Shown: positions 35,585-40,375 of the stretch, one piece after another | Numbering within the stretch: position 1 is the stretch's first letter | How the letters are laid out: the number at the start of each line of letters is the position of its first letter | Source: an uncultured Spirochaetaceae bacterium | Lineage (GTDB): Bacteria; Spirochaetota; Spirochaetia; DSM-27196; SLST01 | Assembly: GCA_964437265.1 (NCBI GenBank) | Contig: CAYTGY010000001.1 | Span: 1-40,375 of the forward strand | Length of the DNA: 40,375 nucleotides | Reading direction: 5' to 3' | Position numbers and translations under genes: made by a program | Notes under the pieces: model-generated | Seen by the model: only the letters and a program-made list of their open reading frames with translations | What the model was told of the DNA's origin: nothing | Databases searched by the model: none

Positions 35585-36558
35585 GCATATTGGATCAACT
35601 CTCGATCGACTGCAAGAACGAAGTCGACCGGATCGCGATCGCCCTTCGGACTACCCTCCGTACGTCTCACCGGCAAGGTGCGGTTCTGGGGATTTCCGGT
35701 GGAGTGGACAGCAGCGTTTGTCTTGCGCTTGCCGCCCGGGCGGTTGGTCCCGCCCGGGTGTTGGGGTTGATCATGCCGGACCGCGAGTCCGCTTTTCATT
35801 CGGCAGTCTTGGCACAGACCGTTGCTGCGGGCTTCGGCGTGAGGACAGACACCATCGATATCACGGAAACACTGTGCTCGCTTGGTGCATACTCAGCTCG
35901 AGACGCCGCCATACGATCCGCGTTTCCCGACTATGCGGACGGCTGGGCCGCTAAGGTCGTGATGCCGTCGCTCGAACGCGGTCCGCGGATGAGCTACTTC
36001 GAGCTTGTCGTCTCCGACGGTCGCGGTCGTGCAAGGCAGAAGCGCCTCTCTGCGGAGCAGTACCTCGCGATCCTGGCGGCGACAAACTACAAGCAGCGTG
36101 TTCGAAAGATGATCGAGTACTACCACGCGGACCGTCTCAACTACGGCGTGATTGGTACTCCCAATCGCCTCGAGTTCGACCTGGGCTTTTTTGTCAAGCA
36201 AGGTGACGGTGTGGCTGACATCAAGCCGATCGCGCACCTGTACAAGACTCAGGTTTATCAACTTGCCGAGTACCTTGGTGTTCCACAGGAAGTCCGATCT
36301 CGGCAGCCGACTACGGACACGTATTCCATGCCGCAGTCCCAGGAGGAGTTCTTCTTCTCGCTCCCCTATTCACAGATGGATGCTTGCCTGTTCGCAAAGG
36401 ATCATGGCATGACAGCGGCGGAGGTAGCAAAGAGTATCCAACTGGAACCTACGCATATCGATCGGGTGTTTGCCGACATCGACCAGAAGCGACGTGCTAC
36501 CAAGCATCTCCATGCTACCGCGGTCGTCATAGACCAATGTAGAGGGGCATCGGTATGA
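35581..36558 (+). CDS. NAD-synthetase-family (NadE-like) PP-loop ATP-pyrophosphatase paralogue
   Basis: PP-loop VLGISGGVDSSV, then ...TNYKQRVRKM..., ...IGTPNRLEFDLGFFVKQGDGVADIKPIAHLYKTQVYQLAEYLGVP. The NAD_synthase pattern is present over the full length. ATGA overlap with the ligase. Confidence 0.8.
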   Translation: MSILDQLSIDCKNEVDRIAIALRTTLRTSHRQGAVLGISGGVDSSVCLALAARAVGPARVLGLIMPDRESAFHSAVLAQTVAAGFGVRTDTIDITETLCSLGAYSARDAAIRSAFPDYADGWAAKVVMPSLERGPRMSYFELVVSDGRGRARQKRLSAEQYLAILAATNYKQRVRKMIEYYHADRLNYGVIGTPNRLEFDLGFFVKQGDGVADIKPIAHLYKTQVYQLAEYLGVPQEVRSRQPTTDTYSMPQSQEEFFFSLPYSQMDACLFAKDHGMTAAEVAKSIQLEPTHIDRVFADIDQKRRATKHLHATAVVIDQCRGASV

Positions 36559-37049
36559 CACAACACGTGGATCCCGATCAAACGGCAATCCAGGACGTTC
36601 TTCAGGCGGTGCTTTTTCGCGCGACAGAATGCGCCATCAACTCTTCCAGCGATGTCCTGGGCATTGGGACCGACATCGTGGAGATTTCTCGTATTTGGCA
36701 AGATAAGGTCAAGTGGGGCGACCGATTCCTGACACGGGTTTTCACGCAGCGGGAGATCACCTACTGCAATGGAAAACACTCGCCGGCGCACCACTTCGCC
36801 GGAAAGCTGGCGATCAAGGAGGCCACCTACAAGGCGTTGCGACTACGCTGGAAGAGTGCATTCTCGTGGACATGGATTGAAGTCCTCAACGACGACTGGG
36901 GAGTTCCGGTGGTACGTTTTCGAGGTGATCTTGAGACCCTTGCACGCAGCAAACGAGGCCAGGCCTTGAACGTGAGCGTCTCTCACGCGGGCGACTTTGC
37001 AGTTGCAGTGGCGGTTTTGGCCCTTGACGGTCGCGAACACCGAACCTAA
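36555..37049 (+). CDS. acpS: Holo-[acyl-carrier-protein] synthase (AcpS-type 4'-phosphopantetheinyl transferase) with an N-terminal extension of about 30 aa
   Basis: GIGTDIVEISRI...FLTRVFTQREITYC...FAGKLAIKEATYKAL...WIEVLNDDWGVPVV...VSVSHAGDFAVAVAVL. GAGGGG lies 7 nt upstream, with an ATGA overlap. Confidence 0.85.
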   Translation: MTQHVDPDQTAIQDVLQAVLFRATECAINSSSDVLGIGTDIVEISRIWQDKVKWGDRFLTRVFTQREITYCNGKHSPAHHFAGKLAIKEATYKALRLRWKSAFSWTWIEVLNDDWGVPVVRFRGDLETLARSKRGQALNVSVSHAGDFAVAVAVLALDGREHRT

Positions 37050-37082
37050 TGTGGCTGCGGAAACCCTGAGCTAAGGAATGAA

Positions 37083-37856
37083 ATGAAACGTACAGCAAGA
37101 TCTTCGCGCATCCTTGCCCTGCTGATTGCGCTGACCATGGTTGTGGTCGCACAGGTTCTGGTTGCACAGACGGGCGAGCTGGAGCCGCGCACAAACACGG
37201 TCTACGTGGGAGGCAATCTTGGTATTGAGCCGGGAACCGCGCTCGGTGTGGCCGCGGGTACCGGCATGACCGTCGCTGGGGTCTTGGACATCGGCTTCAA
37301 CTACGGACTGCGCCGTCCCCAGGGCGATGCTCCGGAGGAGCAAACGGCAATCGGCCTAACGTATGCGGTGACTGCGCTAAAACAGGGCACCGCGTTCCCG
37401 CTCTCCGCCCAGGTGTACGGCGACTACTCGTTTCGAACCGCGAGTTCTCAGGTGCTCAGCGACGCTCGGCTCCAGAAGGAGGGGTTCGGGTACTCACTCG
37501 GCATCCTCCTGGCTCGTGACTTCAGGCTCTTCGGGCCCGTGGAGCTCCGAGTTGCCGGGTTAGCGGAGTGGCGGCTCAGTCGCTACGTGACCAAACTCAC
37601 CTTCACCTACGTTCCGCCGGACGCTGATGCGCCGGAAGACCCGGACGCAGCCGAACCGCCGGTTGACTACACCGAGTACCCGCTCACCACCCGAGTGACC
37701 CGGCTGCAGTCTGGTGGGTATGCCGGGCTAAGCGTTGCGATTGGTCAGGGCGCGGGGGTTTCTGCGGGCTGTGCACTACTATGGGACACCGACCTGAATC
37801 TTCTGGTCCGGCCGGAGCTGGAAGTGGCCGTCCACGGGCGAACGGAGCGGCAGTGA
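37083..37856 (+). CDS. Putative outer-membrane beta-barrel protein (signal peptide plus alternating-hydrophobicity strands)
   Basis: Signal peptide MKRTARSSRILALLIALTMVVVAQVLVAQ. Many Gly/Tyr-rich amphipathic strands are present (VYVGGNLGI, GLTYAVTAL, AQVYGDYSF, GYSLGILLA, GGYAGLSVAI). It sits directly before the Wzz/Wza export genes. I do not recognise the family. Confidence 0.55.
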   Translation: MKRTARSSRILALLIALTMVVVAQVLVAQTGELEPRTNTVYVGGNLGIEPGTALGVAAGTGMTVAGVLDIGFNYGLRRPQGDAPEEQTAIGLTYAVTALKQGTAFPLSAQVYGDYSFRTASSQVLSDARLQKEGFGYSLGILLARDFRLFGPVELRVAGLAEWRLSRYVTKLTFTYVPPDADAPEDPDAAEPPVDYTEYPLTTRVTRLQSGGYAGLSVAIGQGAGVSAGCALLWDTDLNLLVRPELEVAVHGRTERQ

Positions 37857-39157
37857 TGCCTGACACCCCGCGCCCGTCGCAGCAGCCCGGCCGGTCGCCG
37901 GAGTCGCAGTTACCGCAGCCCGCACCACCCCGTGCTCGCGCTTCCGCAAGTGCAGCTCCGGGCGAACGGACCCTCCTTGAGGGGCTGCTCCACTACTTCT
38001 CCATCCTGTGGCAGTACAGGGGCCTTATCATCGGCGTCACCGCGCTGTCGGCCGTCGGGGTTGTCGGGTTCTCCATCCTCTCTTTGGTCATGGAACCGGA
38101 ACGAAGTCCGCTGCCAAACGTGTATCGTGCGTCCGCCACTCTCATTCTGCAGGAGGGTGGCGATCAGGGTCTTTCTTCGTCCATGCTGTCGGCATTGGGG
38201 ATGGATCTCCCCGGCGGGGGAGGGGGCATGAACTATGGGGATATCGCCATAGAGGTACTTAACAGCCGCGTGTTTACGGACCGCATTGTTGAAGCAAACA
38301 ATCTCATTGAATACTACGAGATTGACAAAAAGCCGCGAACCAATTCTCGAGAGGCGGTTCAGGTGCACAGCACCTACACCTTCAACGATCGCAGCGGGAT
38401 CCTCACGATCGCCTATGCAGACATCGATCCAGAGTTTGCGGCCCAAGTAGCCGACAGCATTGTGGAAGAGCTGCAGCGCTACTTTGCCAACCGCGGTGGA
38501 ACCGATCGTTTGCAAGAGCTGACAACCATGGAAGAGAAGCTCGAGGAGGTGGAGGGCAACATCACCGCCCTCCAGGCGGAAATCGAAGAGTTTCAGCGCC
38601 GCCACGGCGTGCTCCAGATAGAAGAGCTTGCCCAGCAGCAGTCGCAAATGCTGGCTGAGTTCCGCGGGCAACTCCTGCAACTGGACCTTCAGATCAAAAA
38701 CCAGGCAGAGATGTCGCGGATCGAGAACGACCCGGCCCTGGAGCAGCTACAGTTGCAGCGGCGCAACACGGCGGAGCTCATCTGGCAGATTGAGAACGGC
38801 TATACCGGAGGCAATGAGGTGCTGCCGGCCCGTTCCCAACTGCCCAATCTGGCGGCGCGGCTGGCACGCATGCGGACCGACCTAGAGATCCAGTCTCGAA
38901 TCTATGAGGCGTTGACCGAGCAGTATGAGGTTGCCAAGCTCACCGCGGAAACACAGCCGCTATTCTCCGTCCTGGAGCCGGTTGAGGTACCGGAAGAGAA
39001 AGCCGGTCCCAGCCGGGCGCAGTTGAGCATTACGGTGACGTTAGGCGGGTTTGCCGCGAGCGTTGTCATTGCGTTCCTCATCAACCTTATCCGCAACATA
39101 GCTAATGATCCGGAGAAGCGCCGGATCCTGCAACAGGAAGCAACCGGAGAATCATGA
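37856..39157 (+). CDS. Polysaccharide co-polymerase / chain-length determinant (Wzz/GumC-type, no kinase domain)
   Basis: Pro-rich N-terminal tail, then TM1 (LIIGVTALSAVGVVGFSIL), then a long coiled-coil periplasmic region (EEKLEEVEGNITALQAEIEEFQRRHG...), then a C-terminal TM (VTLGGFAASVVIAFLINLI). ATG 37856 overlaps the upstream TGA. The ORF-track start at 37781 lies inside the upstream gene. Confidence 0.8.
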   Translation: MPDTPRPSQQPGRSPESQLPQPAPPRARASASAAPGERTLLEGLLHYFSILWQYRGLIIGVTALSAVGVVGFSILSLVMEPERSPLPNVYRASATLILQEGGDQGLSSSMLSALGMDLPGGGGGMNYGDIAIEVLNSRVFTDRIVEANNLIEYYEIDKKPRTNSREAVQVHSTYTFNDRSGILTIAYADIDPEFAAQVADSIVEELQRYFANRGGTDRLQELTTMEEKLEEVEGNITALQAEIEEFQRRHGVLQIEELAQQQSQMLAEFRGQLLQLDLQIKNQAEMSRIENDPALEQLQLQRRNTAELIWQIENGYTGGNEVLPARSQLPNLAARLARMRTDLEIQSRIYEALTEQYEVAKLTAETQPLFSVLEPVEVPEEKAGPSRAQLSITVTLGGFAASVVIAFLINLIRNIANDPEKRRILQQEATGES

Positions 39158-40375
39158 GAATTGAAATGAAACGTCTTGCGGCCGCACTGACACTCCTTGT
39201 CTCCGCCTCCATAGTGCTCTTCGGCCAGGCGCTTCCGGGTGTTGAGGGGATTGGCGCGGATGAGCCTGGCGCGCCCACAGCTGCACCAGGGCCGGCGGTT
39301 GACGAACGCCTGCAGCTTGCCATCTCAACCGCCGACTATCCGGTAACCCCGGGTGATGTCTACACCCTGACCTTTACCCAGGGCATTGACACGGTGGTGA
39401 GCGAGGTCTTGGTGGAGAGCGACTATACGGTGAATCTTGGCGTTCTTGGCCGGATCAACACCCGTGGGCTGACCATGACGGACTTCAAGCGGCGCGTGAT
39501 TGCCACCGTGGAAGACGCGTATCCGCGGACTATCGCCTCACTCAACATCACCCAGGTCGGTCTCTTTGAGGTGCCGGTCTCCGGAGCGATCTCGCGCGCA
39601 CAGCGCGTGACCGCCTGGGGGCTCTCGCGACTCAGCGAGGTGGTTGTGGACTACGCGGCCCCCTACACGTCGCTGCGAGAGGTGACCGTAGTCTCTCGCG
39701 ACGGTGTTCGCGACACATACGACCTGTTCATGGCAATTGATCAGGGTGAGCTTGACCAGGATCCGTATGTGAAGCCCGGCGACTCGGTGAAATTGCAGCG
39801 CCGCGAGTTCGTGGTTGAAGTACGAGGTGAGGTGAACGAACCAGGATCGTTCGAGCTTCTCGACGGCGAGGGACTTCCGGCTTTGGAGCAATTCTTCCAA
39901 GGCTACCGGCCTGACGCGGACCTTCGTCGCCTGATCGTAGAACGAAGGCGCGGGGACACGTTCGAGCAGATCAGCATCGGTTCCTACGAGCTTGCATCCG
40001 AGTTCGTGTTCCGCGATGGAGATCTGCTCATGGTTCCGGCTCGCATTGCGCCTCGTCCCGTGGTTTTTGTTGAAGGCGCTGTAGACCTCCAGATGGACAT
40101 TGAGCTTGAGGCTGACGAGGACTCGAGGCTTCCGGTGTACAACCGCATCACACGCGAGCTCAATGCCGGGGACACCCTCTACAGTCTGCTCTTGGATATA
40201 CAGGATCAGATCTCACCCTTTGCTCGTCTGGAGGGCGGGTACATCATCCGGCGTGGAGAAGATGAGCCAATCCGCGTCAACATGCGGGATATCGCCTACC
40301 AGTCACTGAGTGAGACGGATATTCCACTTCAGGCGTTTGACCGACGGTTTGATAAATTTCAGGCTCCGGGATGGC
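39154..40375 (+). CDS. Outer-membrane polysaccharide export protein (Wza/OPX family, Poly_export plus SLBB-like repeats); 3'-truncated by the window edge
   Basis: This gene is not in the ORF track because no stop is reached. I translated the frame of ATG 39154 by hand and it stays open to 40375. Signal peptide MRIEMKRLAAALTLLVSASIVLFGQA, then YPVTPGDVYTLTF (the Poly_export PGD motif), then repeated SLBB-like units (VSGAISRAQRV, VKPGDSVKL, VEVRGEVNEPGSFEL, RDGDLLMVP). ATGA overlap with the co-polymerase. Confidence 0.8.
   Translation, partial: MRIEMKRLAAALTLLVSASIVLFGQALPGVEGIGADEPGAPTAAPGPAVDERLQLAISTADYPVTPGDVYTLTFTQGIDTVVSEVLVESDYTVNLGVLGRINTRGLTMTDFKRRVIATVEDAYPRTIASLNITQVGLFEVPVSGAISRAQRVTAWGLSRLSEVVVDYAAPYTSLREVTVVSRDGVRDTYDLFMAIDQGELDQDPYVKPGDSVKLQRREFVVEVRGEVNEPGSFELLDGEGLPALEQFFQGYRPDADLRRLIVERRRGDTFEQISIGSYELASEFVFRDGDLLMVPARIAPRPVVFVEGAVDLQMDIELEADEDSRLPVYNRITRELNAGDTLYSLLLDIQDQISPFARLEGGYIIRRGEDEPIRVNMRDIAYQSLSETDIPLQAFDRRFDKFQAPGW

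Noticed and set aside
1-40375. Search for CRISPR arrays, IS elements or transposases, toxin-antitoxin pairs, phage genes and rRNA
   Set aside because: I saw no regularly spaced repeats and no terminal inverted repeats. No DDE, serine or tyrosine recombinase motifs appear in any frame, and there is no rRNA-like sequence. Every sizeable ORF is accounted for by polysaccharide-related functions.

Overview
High-GC window forming one uninterrupted, single-strand (+) surface-polysaccharide biosynthesis super-cluster of the Wzx/Wzy-dependent EPS/O-antigen type. I support 35 CDS, with the first and last cut by the window edges, plus one tRNA-like gene. I found no credible minus-strand genes, mobile elements or CRISPR array. 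All family calls come from motif recognition by eye, because no database search was possible. Content in order: a polysaccharide-deacetylase(DUF3473)/GT2 fusion, an alpha-helical toroid-like protein, a GT4, Wzy, a secreted beta-helix protein, an AsnB paralogue lacking its catalytic Cys, a GT2 with C-terminal TM helices and a FemAB-like protein. These are followed by a tRNA-like gene, two tandem DUF354 paralogues, a WecB-type epimerase, a WbpA/TviB-type dehydrogenase, Wzx, two GT2s and a GT-C (ArnT/PMT-like) protein. Next come a CE4-like protein, an LbH acetyltransferase, a second epimerase with a CTG start, a B12-radical-SAM enzyme, an OafA-SGNH O-acyltransferase, an FAD oxidoreductase and WbpD/WbpE/WbpB-like enzymes. 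The cluster ends with an ArnE/ArnF-like pair, an ACP-AsnB-adenylating ligase-NadE-like-AcpS cassette, an outer-membrane beta-barrel, a Wzz/GumC-type co-polymerase and a Wza-type exporter. The genes needed for UDP-2,3-diacetamido-2,3-dideoxy-mannuronic acid synthesis all appear to be present. Candidate 1 for something new: a 71-nt tRNA-like gene with a full alanyl-tRNA-synthetase identity set (G3:U70, G2:C71, A73) but a non-decoding anticodon arm. It lies 70 nt downstream of the FemAB-family (aminoacyl-tRNA-dependent transferase fold) gene, which suggests a dedicated non-ribosomal Ala donor for glycan modification. Candidate 2: the translationally coupled carrier-protein/amidotransferase cassette, which carries its own phosphopantetheinyl transferase.
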